Assembly: GCA_965644315.1 (NCBI GenBank)
Contig: CBFFRQ010000036.1
Location: 43,094 to 107,093, forward strand
DNA: 64,000 bases
Direction of reading: 5' to 3'
Origin: Caecitellus pseudoparvulus
Lineage: Eukaryota; Protista; Bigyra: Bicosoecida
The position numbers were made by a program, and so were the translations under genes. Below, piece after piece: positions 1 through 12,236 of the stretch (its first letter is position 1; every line of letters starts with the position of its first letter). The notes beneath the pieces are model-generated. The model was not told the DNA's origin, ran no database searches, and saw nothing but the letters and a program-made list of their open reading frames with translations.

Positions 1-260
1 GCAACCCCCCGCTTGGCATGTCTGCGCAGGGGCGTGTGTTCTACGAGCATGTTGCCAATGCATGCATTTCCACAACCACGCTTGAGTGCCTGCCTGGCTT
101 GCGACCACTGAGACCCACGCTAGCAGCCGGGACCTGCTCAAAACGCAGTACCTGAGGGAAGTCAGGGGGTTGGGCGCACAGCACGAACAAGAGCGGTGCT
201 TCGCCCCAGGTGACCCGTCGCCTCAGTTTTGTCAGAGCACGCCGTGCACAGCAGGCCAGC

Positions 261-3200
261 ATGTCTGCAGCCATGCCACTGCGTGTGCCAGGCGGCGAGA
301 GCACTGGCACGCTGGCAACTGTGGGCTCCACACTGAGTTTGGGGAAGGAAGACACGCTGCCAGATAGCATCACACTCAAGGAGTGGTTTAGGAAGTGGGA
401 CTCCACGCCAGGTGAGCTGCGCTGCCTTCCGTTGGTGCCATGTCGCTGCGACGCACCGCTTGATGCTTTGACCCCGCAGGGGTGCAAGAGCGCTCACGCT
501 GCCGCTTACTGCTTGCCCTACTGGCTCGATATGACATCATCCTGGCTGCCCAGTCCTCTCAACTGAGTCGCCTGGTTCCTCGCCTCACCAGCTACCTCTT
601 GCTGCAGTTGGCAGGCGGGCGAAAAAACGCCTTGGCTCGGGCAGTGAGGCAGGAGAAAGACCCCTCCAGCGGGGAGGGCAGGTACAACTACCGCATGCCC
701 GTCCCTCTCATCTTCGCGTTGACCCGGGCACTGCAGCAGGTGTGCGAGCACCCGACGCTGGGCACGACCTGCGCTGCGTCACTGCTGGACACTGCTGCGG
801 TGCAGCAGGCCATCGCCGTGCTGCGCTTGACGCCAGAGGAAGCCAGTCTGGGCGCCGCGAACCTCACTGGCGCAGACCTTCCCCACCATGGCATGCAGTT
901 GGCTCTAGATGCGTCTCTGCTGGGCCTCCTGGGCAGTGCTGTCGCCCAAGCCAGCCCAGCTGCACGCACGCTGCTGGTGCAGGAGGGACTGGTGCCGGCC
1001 ATCGTGCATGCCATGCTGCGCTGGCGCCACTTGGACACCTTTCATGCCACTGCCCTGCGTGTGTCAGCAGCGGGCCTGCTTGATCCGGCAGCTGACGAGG
1101 GCGCAACGGCAGCTCTTGCCAGCCTTCCCAGCCGCCTGGCCTCGGACGGCATCGGCACTCTGGCGCAGAAAGTTCTCTTGGAAGCGAGTCACTCCGGCGA
1201 GTCAGTCGACGCTGATGCTGTGATTGGAGCTATGTTGCACTTGCTGCGTATGGGTGCCCCACGCGTGGGAGCTGCGCCAGTGGCCACCGCCTGCCGAGTC
1301 GTGTCGGCGCTGTTCAGCCAAATCGCACCCTCGTCGGGGGTGCGTGTTAGCCTGGATGCCTCCGCGCGCAGCCTCACACCATCTCAAACCAGCACACAGC
1401 ACTCAGGGCAGGGCGTCGTGGCCCTCGTTGCCACCCATGCCCTCATGGGCAGGCGCTGCCTCCTGCCGTGCTTGTTGAACTTGGAGCGAACGGGATCGCT
1501 GGTCACCATGCTCGCGTGCGCCGAGTGTGTGCACACCCTCATCCAAGCCAGCACCCCTGCACGGCACTCCAGTGCTCTGTCTAGTTCTCCTGCGCCGCTT
1601 TTGCGCCGGGTGCTGCGAGTGGTGGCAGGGGCGCTGTACCACACTGTAGCCATGCGTCGCGGTGTGATCGTGAAACGCCCTGCGTCACCTCGGCGTGCTC
1701 GGGGTCGGCGACACCGATCCTCCTCCCACCACGGCAGCGCTGCGGGGCGCACACTATCCAGCCTTTCCGGTGGTTTGCCCCCCGCCACGCCCTCTGTGTC
1801 GGGCACAGGGCTCGCGGCAAGTCTCGGCATGGCGCCGCCTCCAATTTCTACAGCACCACCGCCCCTGCACGGGACAGCCGTGGCCGACACCACAGCGCGC
1901 AATCTCAGTGGGGGCAGCACTCCACAGTCCATGCGAGGGGGTGCCGCTGGCCAGTTTTCCCCCATGCGTCAGCACTCCAGTGGCAGCTCCACGTGGGCGC
2001 CGGCAGAAACTGACAGCCTGGCAAGCGGCGGCACGCCTCGACGCCAGACGTCCAACCTGGCCCTGAAACGGCGCCAAGCCAGCAGACGCCACATCCGTGG
2101 CGCCATCGCCACGTCTGCCAGTGCTGAGACACTGGAACAGCCGGCAGCGGCTGCAACACAGCAGGCGCCTGAGCGGCAGGTGACGCCGCCAACACTGCCG
2201 GGGCGGGCTGAGACGAAAACAGACATGAGTGTCAGCAGTGACTCGGATGACCAGGGGGATTCTGGCTCCACTGGCAGTCCCCACCCCGGCGACGAGCGGT
2301 GTGCGTCGCCGGAAGGGGTGCGCGTCGTCGAGGCAGTTGCTGGACCCTTGCTCGACCGCGCCAGCACCCCCACGGAGCAAGCACCCCCGTCTCTCCCTGG
2401 ACAAGGCGAGGACACATTGGACATAGGTACAGGGCGCAGCAAGGGTGCCCGTGTGCAGGCCCTGCACCTGCCACAGGCCAGTCATGCGCCCAGCAGCACC
2501 GGAACTCGTGATAGGAGTGGCGCTGGCTCATCGGACAGCAGCAGCACGCCCCGCCTCCCAGGGTCGCCCACGTGGTTCCTCATGACCCCTGCCCCGAACA
2601 CCGCCCGCACGCCTGGCGGAGGGCGCAAGGTGTTCGACTTGGAAGGCGCTTCCTCTGCGAGCAGCTCCCCACACTCGCCCCGCAGCCCAGTGACGGAACG
2701 CGAGTCCGAGGTGGGCGCCGCACCCCACCATGGCTTTCCCACAGTGGCAGAACCCGTGAAGCCGAAGCAGCAGGGGCGTGCCGTCATGATTTCCCACACG
2801 TCGGCACGGGGCTCCCTGGGCACGGCAAGTGCGAGCAAAGCAGCAGCACCGCCTTCGTCGGCTGCAGGGGGCAAAGATGTGACTCCGGCCCAGCTCCGCG
2901 GCACGTCGCTGCGACCAGGCATGGCGCACGAAGACGGGCCCATTTGCAGAGCCTCCACTGCTCGCCTGAATGCCGTTCTGCGCATGCTGGCACACTCCCC
3001 TCCCGGCGGGCAAGCCCCTGGCAAACTGCAGGCAAACCTGTCGTTCCTGGTGGCCAGGAACATGACGTGTGAGGCACGCCTTGCCCTGCTGGTGTTCTGC
3101 CTCGCCTCAGCAGACACGCTGTTCGGCGCCCACGCTGCACCCGTGCACCTGCTGCAGGGCGTACTGACACAGCCGTCGGTGCTGGCTGCTCTGCTCCTGG

Positions 3201-6200
3201 CGCTGTTTGCCGCACCCCCCGCTCTCGTGGCACGGTATGCCCACGCCAGGTCAAAGTCCCTCAGCCAGCGCGCTGCAGAGGCAGTGGTGCTGGCTCCTCT
3301 CCGCAGCGCTGCACAGCACAGCGCCGCCGGCATGACTCCAGAGCAGGCAGAGGCGCTCGCGTCAGCTGTGGCGTCTCACGATGAGTCAGCAGATGCACTG
3401 CCGCCGGGCTTGGACCTGCTGCTGCCCACGGGGCCCCAAGCGGAGATGGACACACACGAGGGCGGCGGCAGCAAGTGGGAGGAAGAGGTGGACCCCGCCA
3501 AGGCGCTGAGTGTCTTGGACCCCAGCGCCTTTGAGTCCGCGGAGCAGGCGCTGGGGTCCAGCGACGTCACGACCTGTCGCCTGTCCCTGCTGGCCATCCG
3601 AGCCTTGGTGAGCCTAGCACAGAACACGGGAGACATGCACCCGGAGACGGAACACTTGAAGGAGTCGCTGCACTCCCTGGGCCGGGAGCTGTGTGGCGGG
3701 GAGGGGCTGTGGCGCGCCGTGGCAGGCACCTCCGCCACGCAGCTCGGCGTGTCCCCCTCCCAGATGTCCCGCTGCCTCGTGAGCCTGCACGCAGTGCTGC
3801 CGCTAACGCCCCATGCTGTGCACAAACATTTGACCTCAGTGCGGGCAGAACTGACACCCTTCGAGAAGGAAGCGGCCGGGTGGGGCATGCCTGATTGGGC
3901 TGACTCAGAGGCGGCTCTACTGACCCCCCCTGCTCTGGCCTGCGTGCCGGTGGACGCGCCAGTGCCCCTGCCCACACGCGACGCAGGCGCCCAGGCAGGA
4001 GACACCATCACAGCCAAGCCCACTGCGGGTCACAGTACTGGGGACAGCACCACGAACCTGCAGGCACTGGAACAGGGTCTGTCGGCCACTCATGCAGGGC
4101 AGGGGGCAATGTCAGCTGACTCTACCCTGTCCACCCTGGACCTGGGTGCCTTGGTGACTGCGGTGGGCCGCACGGTGTTCGCCTCCAAGGACTGGCTGCA
4201 CAGCATGAAGCACAGCGGGCTAGGACACAGCACCCTGCCCCCGCCTGCTGTTCTGCGTGCGTTCGGCAGCGCCGATGCACTCGACAGCGCGCGCAGCCTG
4301 TCCTCTGGCATGCTGCACAGCTCCAAGCTGCACCTGCATCCCGGCAGTGTGGCGAGCTCCTTGGGTGGCGTGGCAACTGCGACGTTGCCTGCTGCGAACA
4401 GCACAGGTGGCGCGTCGCAAGGCAGTCTGGCTCTCGCAGAGGAGGCGGTGCTGGGACCCACCACTGTGACGGGGCACCCGACACAGCCCCACAGCGAAGT
4501 GCGTGGATTCCGCCCCTTCATGATGGTGGGGCAGGTCCTTGTGGAGTCCAGCGTCGAGCAATTGCAGCGGGTGTTGGCCGAGGGGGGCGACGGGGCCCCG
4601 CACGCTGTACCACCAGACGTGCTGCAGCGCATGTCTTCCGACATGCAGGCGCACTCACGGGCCAAGCTGCGAGCATCTGCCTCCCACGCAGGGCCCCGCA
4701 CGCTGGCTGCCCAAGCGGCAGCTCGAGCCGCTGTCAAGGCGGCAAGTGGGGGTCGAGGGGGGCTGGCTGGTGCACAGGCCACAGCGCCGCCCACCACTCG
4801 CTTCCACCCCAAGGACATTGGCAAGGAGTTCCGACACCGCATAGCGCAGTTCCTGCCTGCGGACCAGGCGCCAGTGCCCCAAGATGAGCCACGAGGGGCG
4901 TCGCCTTCAGAACGCGCCAGCTCACCTGGAAACGCGCCTGACTCCGAGTCACGGAGCGATTCAGCACTGGCTGCGCTGGCACTAAACCTCCCTGGCTCGA
5001 AACCCCGCCGAGCCAGCAACATGGCGACGTCAGACCCAGTCCTGGCGCCCAAGGCGGTGAGTTTGCCAGGCAGGTCGGGTCGGCGGGCGCGACCCGCCCA
5101 GCAAACCGACAGCGCCAGCAGCCTCGCGCCGGCAGCCGCGGCGGTGCATGCCGAGAGCAAGAGTGGGCACTACGAGACTGCGATGGAGCAGGCCATTCAC
5201 AGCTCTGTCCCACACATGGCGCTGCGGACACGTGGGCCCACTGCCCGCACGACGCACGAAGGCATCGCCCAGTCACGCGGGCGCGACCTGCTCGCGTGGG
5301 CTCCCAAGGCGCCCATCACGCAGCGGTGGAAGGCAGCTGGCATGGGGGGGGTCACACAGCGCACCTCCACCACGGAGGCACACTTGATGGCAGGGCAGGG
5401 GACGCCGCATGCCCGCTCGTCCGCGAGCGTGTCGCTGGAGCATGCGACCAAGAGCCTGGGCCTGTCGGCTTCGGCACGCCTCCCGCGTCGTCGAGAGAGT
5501 GCCTTCAAGGACAAGCGCAGGGACGACGGGACGGGGGGTTCCTTTGCTCCCCTTGCGTCCACCCTGCGCACGTCTGGCGGGCGTGTTGCGGGGTATGCAC
5601 CGGCTGTCGGGGGCGGCGTCGCGACGCACATGTTCACGAGCGAGTCTGAGCGCAGAGGGCGCAAGACTATGCTGACCAGCCGGGACTATGCAGGGCATTT
5701 CCGGAACCAGGGTCGAGGGGGTGGTCTGAAGATGGACGGCGTGGTGGCTGCGGAAACGCAAGGATTCGTGGCCGAGGCAGTGGCGCGGGGTCTGCAAGCG
5801 TCCAGCTCCCGCCACCTCGCGTCGCAGGCTTCCCTTGGCTCAAACGTCTCCGCCCTCGCATCCTCCCGCACTGCCGCTGAGATCCAGGATGACCTGCAGG
5901 CTGTGAACGAGCAGTTTGCTGCGGTTGCTTCTAGTACTCGGCAGCCCCAGCTCCAAGGCTCCGATTCCACGGCTGGTCTGAGTTTCGCTGAGATCCAGGC
6001 GCAGCGGAAGCACGCCCTGGGGCACCAAGTATCCATGCTGCATGGACAGGGCGGTGACACGGGGAACGGCATCGTGGACCGCGTGCGGAAAGTCCGCTCG
6101 GCACATGTGCTCATGGCCAGCGGCCGGCGCTCTGTGCAGGGCACTGCGACGGAGCCGGACTCCGCCCCTGAACCTGCGGCAACCGCACCTCCTCCTGCAC

Positions 6201-6343
6201 ACGTCCCTGCCCTGCCCCTGCATGAGTTGCAGGCTGCATCGCCTGCTGCGAGGTCTGCTCGCAGTCTCAAGTCGGTGTTCGGCAAGCAGCCGGCGAAGTG
6301 GGGCGGGGGCGCCTCCCCTGCCAAACGCCACAGCGCGAGGTGA
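261..6343 (+). CDS. Large low-complexity hypothetical protein (~2004 aa), Ala/Ser/Pro-rich, possible helical-repeat (ARM-like) N-terminal part; model join(261..411,480..6343)
   Basis: 5.86-kb stop-free frame 482-6343. A 68-nt GT-AG intron 412-479 (CCAG|gtgagc...ccccgcag|GG) joins it in phase to an upstream frame with ATG at 261. No catalytic motif recognised; the true start could lie further upstream. Confidence 0.6.
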
Positions 6344-6395
6344 GCGGGGTGTGCAAGCAATGCACTGGAAATGAACCATGCATTTGGGATAGTGC

Positions 6396-9300
6396 TCACC
6401 GCGACTGGAACTTAAACAGGCTCTGCACCAACATCTTGAGCAGGATCATGCCCACAAGGAAGCCGGTGACGATGCCCATGTTGGTGAAGCGTGCGTCGTA
6501 GTCAAAGTCGTAGGTCTGGGCCGTGAAGTCTTCCAGTGTCATGGAGACGGGGCCGCGGGGAGTGATGGCTTGCAGGGTGAGGCAGTCCGACTTGTCGTTG
6601 CAGTGCACGGCGACTGTGATGAGTCCCTCCACGATGTACTTCAGGGGGTTCACGTACAGCATCCACACCCAGTAGTCGGGGACGAGGGGCTTGGGTGCCA
6701 GGAAGCCGCTGAACAGCATGAACAGGGATGCGCCGCCGCCTGCGATGATCTGTGCAACCTGCGGTGTCGGCGTGACGGCCATGAGCAGCTGGCCAGTGGA
6801 CACGAAGAAGAGCGCAGCCATGAAAGAAGCCAGGTAGAAGTACCCGAACACTTCCGGGCTCTTGTTCGTAAAGTCAATGAGGTTGTAGAAGGAGGCCAGG
6901 AACAGTGCCACGGCTGCTGCGCAAATGGGCACCTCCATAAGCAGCTGGGCACTGGCGTACGTGCTGGGGTGGTACATGTTCACTGCTGTCTCGCGGTAGA
7001 AGGGGGGGCGCTCCATGGCTAGCGAGGCGAAGGCCGTCATCATGCCGGAAATGCCCACGAACAGCGAGCCGATGAAGAGCACCCCCGAGAGGCTGTTGGC
7101 GCCTGCGACGGTGTCGCCCTTGACATTGGAGTAAATGAGACCGAAGATAATGCCCAGCATGGTGAGGATGCGCAGGCGCAGCCACATGTACTTGGGGTTG
7201 CGCCACGTGGACAGCACCTGGCGCCACAGCACGTGCTTGAACTGCACACTGTACGAGGCCATGTACCCTCCCTGCTCGGCTTGCGCCTTGAGGGGGGCGG
7301 CGTCGTCAAAGGCTGCAGCGGCGTCGGCGCCGCCGAGGCGTTCGCACTCGGCGGCGTTTGACGCACACAGTGCGGAGCTGGCGTACCACTGTGCGCACAC
7401 AGTGCCGTGGTCGGCCATCTTCGCGTCCTTGGTCAGCCCAGTGACGTGTCCCAGGATGCTGCGGTCGCCAGTGGCTGCCTCTTCCAGTGCCGCCACGCCA
7501 GCGGCTGTGGACTTCTGTCGCAGCACGCGGAGCATCCAGTCCGCTACGTTGGTGCGAGGGGGCAGGGGGGCCGTGCCAGGGACTGACTTGAGGAAGGACG
7601 TGAAGGTCGTCGCACGCTGCCCCATGGGGCCGAAGTACACTTGTTCTCCACGGGTCTTGAGTAGCAGCAGCGCGTCGAAATCGTAGAACAACGAGGCGGA
7701 GGGCTGGTGAATGGTGCAGACGATAGAGCGGCCCTGGGAGGCGATGCGACGCAGCACGCGCACCACCATGGCCGCAGACTGCGCGTCCAGGCCGCTGGTG
7801 GGTTCGTCCAGGAAGAGGATGGCGGGGTTGGACGCCAGCTCCACGCCGATGGTGAGCAACTTCCGCGCACCGGCGGGTAGGGCGCCGGGCGTTCCAGCGT
7901 TTCCCACCAGCAAGTCGGCAGAAGCCGTCAGGTCCAGCACAGCCAGGATGTTGTCCACAAACGCTTCCACCTGCTCGTCGGAGACGGTTTCTGGCAGGCG
8001 CAGTCGCCCGGACAGCGCAATACACTCCCGCACAGTGGACCAGGGCATGTGCTGGTCCATTTGCTCACAGTAGGCGCTGATGGCGGGCAGGTTCACGTCC
8101 CCCACCGGCTTGCCGTTCACGGTGATGGTGCCTTCCACAGTGCCCATGTTCTTGCGCTGTGCCAGGACATCCAGCAGGGTGGTCTTGCCTGCACCGCTGG
8201 CACCCATGAGGCACACCATGGAATACGGCTTGGCGAAGCCGTGAATGCCGTGCAGCAGCTGGCGCGAGGAGCCGTCTTCCAGGGGCACAGTGTAGCTGAG
8301 TGCGGACCACGCCATGGTCATGTGCGGGAATGCAATGGGCGGTGTGAACACCTTCTCCGCCATGACGTCCATGCCCACCGTGGACGAGGCATTGAACATG
8401 GGCACAGCCGGACCAGTCGTCGAATCAGGCGCTCCTTGCGCCAGGGCGGCCTCCATGCGCCGCACTCGCTGCTTGAACTGTTTGTCCAGGGCTTCTTGGC
8501 GGTCCTGCAGCAAGTCCTGTGTCGCCTGCAAGATGCCTGCCTCAGAATCCTCCAAGTGCACGGAGCGCCCGCCGCCCGAGACGGAGGAGGAGCATGACAG
8601 GGCAGCTGCCGCACAGGCAGTGAGGGCGAGGAACATGGCCAGCAGGACGGCAACAGAGTACCAGATCCACACCGTATCCGTCTGCACGTCGAAGGACTCC
8701 AGGTACACGTCTCCGCGGCGCACGGGTGAAGCGGGAGACACAGGGTCGTCGTACGCCGACGATTTGAACTCGTTGATGGTGAGGGCTCGCAAGATCCAGT
8801 TGAAGGGGGACAGGTACACCAACCAGCTGAGCCAGGAAGGCATGAGTTCCGGCGTGATGAGGAAACCAGCCAGGACGGAGGAAATGCCCGTGAGGGGCCC
8901 GGCAGCAGCCTGCGCGGCTTGCAGGTCAGGAATGGCGTGGGCTACGAAGCGGAACAGGGCGCCCATAGTCATGGACGCCAAGAACACGACGAAGAGGAAG
9001 ACGAAGAAGTGGTCCACGCCTGGCGTGAGGCCCACCATGAAGTAGGTGATGATGGAGAACAGCGACGCATCCACGACAGAAACGGGGGCTGCCATGAGCA
9101 CTGTGGACAGGACGTACAGCACAGGGGAGTACATGAGCGCGTCGCGCTGTTTGAGGACGATCTTGCGCGCGTAGTTGGTGGGCTCCACGGCGGAAATCTG
9201 GACGAACGCGACGAGGGCCGCGGCGAAGAAAATGACGCCGAACAGCGCCTGGAACTTGGTGTTGTCAGTGTCCCAGAACACACTGCCGATGACCAGTGCC

Positions 9301-11888
9301 ATGACGATGGCCTGCACCATGCGGGCGCGCAGTGCGATAGTGTCGCGGATGGTGAGCCGTGCCTCGCGCTGCAGCAGCACCGCCATTTGCTGGCAGCAGG
9401 AGGCGGTGAACTCCGGGCCGTACTGCGCCTGCACGAAGCTGGACTCCAGAGTGGTGGTGACGGAAGCCTGCCGTCGCAGGCTGGTGGCACTGATTGTGGT
9501 GGTGCCGGCAGGCGGCGTCGCCGGCATCACTTGCCCCTCCTTGCCGGGGCTGGAGTCACTGACGGCCACAGCCACAGCCTCAAGCGGCGCCGCCCCCCGT
9601 GCATCTTGCACGTCCTGTACCTGGCTGGCATTCCAAGGCTTCACAACGCCTGACGGGCGCAGGTCTGCATCCAGCACTTCCGTCGCCTCCGAGATGGTGA
9701 GCGCTTGCAGGTCAGCCGTGTGTGCTGCAATTTCCGCATCCCGCGCGTCGCCGCCTTCTTCCGTGTACAGCCGCGTCTCCGCGTCAATGAGGGCTGCCAT
9801 GCGTGGTTTGAAGGCTGCAAAGTGTTCCATGAGTCCCTGCGTGGTGAAGGTGGCCGCTTCGCGCTCCAGGACACTGCGGAACGTCGCATGCACCAGCGCC
9901 GCCCGCGCAGCCACCACTGCCGCAACAGCAGCAGATTTCCCCGCCGCCGCCACCGCCGCCTCCAGCGCAGACTCCAGATTCGTGCCTTCTTCGGCCAGCT
10001 GGGTGTATGCAGCAGCCAGGAAGGCCAGGGCGGCAGTGGGCGTGTTGTCAGGCGGGGTGAGGTGCCCGGGGCCGTACGTGACCACATCCACCACTGCAGC
10101 AGCCAACAGAGCGCTGATGGCTGAGTCCCCCGCCGTGGCGCCCGTCGCCACACCTGCAGAGGACAGCAGGGAAATGGGCACTTGGCTGGGCGAGGGCCCA
10201 GCGGTGGCCAGCGCGGCAGGCGGCAGAAACGCCAGCTGCTCCTTTGTCAGGTACTTGAAGCTTGCAGCGGCCTTCCATGCGACAGAGGCACTGCCGTCGC
10301 CATCCAACGGCTCTTGGTCAGGCCCCGTGGTCGGAGACGTGGGTGAGGGTGCCTCGCCTGCGCTGGTAGCGTCCTGTGGCGCCTGCCGCGCCGCGAGGGC
10401 GGCTTCGTGCTGCACCAACAGGGCGGCGGTTTTCTGCTTCAAGAACAGCTCCATGGGCGACGACACGAAAGCCTGCAGGAAGTCAGCAGTGTCTTCATCG
10501 GCCGGAACACTGAGGCCCAGGGAGTTCAAGAACGCCTCCACTCGGTCGCGCCGGCCGTGGTACATGATGCGGCCGTCGCGAATGAGCATGATGTGGGTGA
10601 AGGTTTGAAACGCCTCTGGCGGCGCGGCAAGCATTGACGACACGACGGTGCTGCGCCAGGCCTTGGCCAGAACACGCATGAACCGGCAAATGTCCACAGT
10701 GGTGGCGCTGTCCAAGCCCGTCGTGATCTTGTCCAGCAGCCACACACGGGACTGCCCCATGTACATCTCCGCAAAGGTCGTGCGTTTGCGCTCGCCCCCC
10801 GACACGCCGCGCAGCAGCTCATTGCCCACGATGGTGTCAGCGCACGATGTCAAGTGCAGCTCGGCCAGTGTGCGGTCTACGCGCTGCTTGATGTGTGCCT
10901 CCGCTGCAGAGGACTCCAGCTTCCCCAAGTCAGCGTTCAGCATGCGGTGGGCCAGCGTGAGCGTTTCCCGCACCGTCAGCGTGGCCAGGTGGACGTCGTC
11001 CTCGCCCACGAAGCCCACCAGACGCTGGATGTTCACGCTTGGATCATCGCCGGGCTTGCCGTTGTACGTCACCTGTGCAGTGTGTGAAGAGGGGCGGCCA
11101 GTTGAGAGATGCTGCGTTGGGAGGCAGCATTTGAAACCTGCCGCCACCACGCACCGACCCAGACAGCTTTTTCGCATCAATTCGCCCCGAAAGAGCTCGC
11201 ATGAAGGTCGACACGCCAGCCGTTCCGGGAGGGGCGATGATCTGCGGACAGGGGGGGGGCTTCCGGAACGTGATCCGCCGAAGCGGGAAGCGAGCGGACC
11301 ATTCCGCGGCCACCTCGCTGCCGCCTGCCGCAGACCCTGCCGACGCACCAGGGTCATGGTCCCAGGCTCAAGAGAACCAGACATGCCTTGCAGCACAGGG
11401 AAGTCCTTGGTCTTCGCCAGGCACGGCGGGGCAGGGGGGCCCCCAGCTGCGAGCAAGGGAAGGGTGCGGAAATTGAGGCTGGCGACACAAGGTGTCCCAG
11501 CCGCCCCACGCAATGATGGCGATCTCCAGGGGACAGGAAGGCACGGGGATGCAATTCTCATACATACATGCTCGGGTTGGTGCGGGAACCGTGTACCCTA
11601 GGTCCTTGAATTCGATCTGGAGGGTGCGGAAAGCGAGCGGAGTACAGCGGAGTGGCTGCAGCGGCAAACCCCGCAGCGGCCCGCATGCCGACGCACCTTG
11701 CAAGCTGGCATCTTGTCCATGGTGACTGCATGGTCCAACTGGCCGTCCAAGAATTCAGGGTTCCACACGCGCATGAGCTGCGCCACCTTGACGAGGCAGG
11801 CGCCTTCGCTGGCTTGGGACGCGGCATCAGGCGTCAGCTCCGCATCAGCTGAGCTGCCTCTGGCAGAAGCAGCTGCTGGCGCCGCCAT
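6396..11888 (-). CDS. Full-size ABCG / PDR-type ABC transporter (NBD-TMD-NBD-TMD), ~1700 aa; model complement(join(6396..11072,11155..11241,11349..11446,11568..11616,11697..11888))
   Basis: NBD1 has signature VSGGERKR and LLDKITTGLDS. NBD2 has Walker A GASGAGKT, LTIGVEL, FLDEPTSGLD and CTIHQPS. Two hydrophobic ABC2-type TMDs. Four phase-consistent GT-AG introns restore IEFKDLGYTV...MTL|IIAPPG...LSGS|VTYNG. Confidence 0.93.
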
Positions 11889-12236
11889 GGGTGAGCCTTG
11901 CTTGAGTGTGGTGAACTCACAACACAAAAGCATGGGGTGAATGGGGGGAGGTGGAAAGATGATAGTGAATGAGATTTGTGCCGGCCCCAGCTTTGCAACC
12001 CAGAGTACGCTGACAGTCAGCGCTCCCGCACAACACCCTCCCACTCCCTTGTCTCGTGCCCAATTCTCACCCCTGTGCTGGGCAAATTGCAGAGCATGCC
12101 AACTTGAAGCCTTTTACTTCGGCAGCATCTACCCACCCAACCTGCTGCATATTGAAACTGAAAGCAGGTCCCTTTGCATGCTGCAGTAGCGGGCCTGGAC
12201 TGCCTGGCGTGGTGGCGAGCGGAAATTGGACCGGGC
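11889..12236. promoter_or_regulatory. Probable bidirectional promoter between head-to-head ABCG and DUF89 genes
   Basis: 348-bp, less GC-rich spacer between divergent ATGs at 11888 (-) and 12237 (+). Inferred from gene geometry only. Confidence 0.45.
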
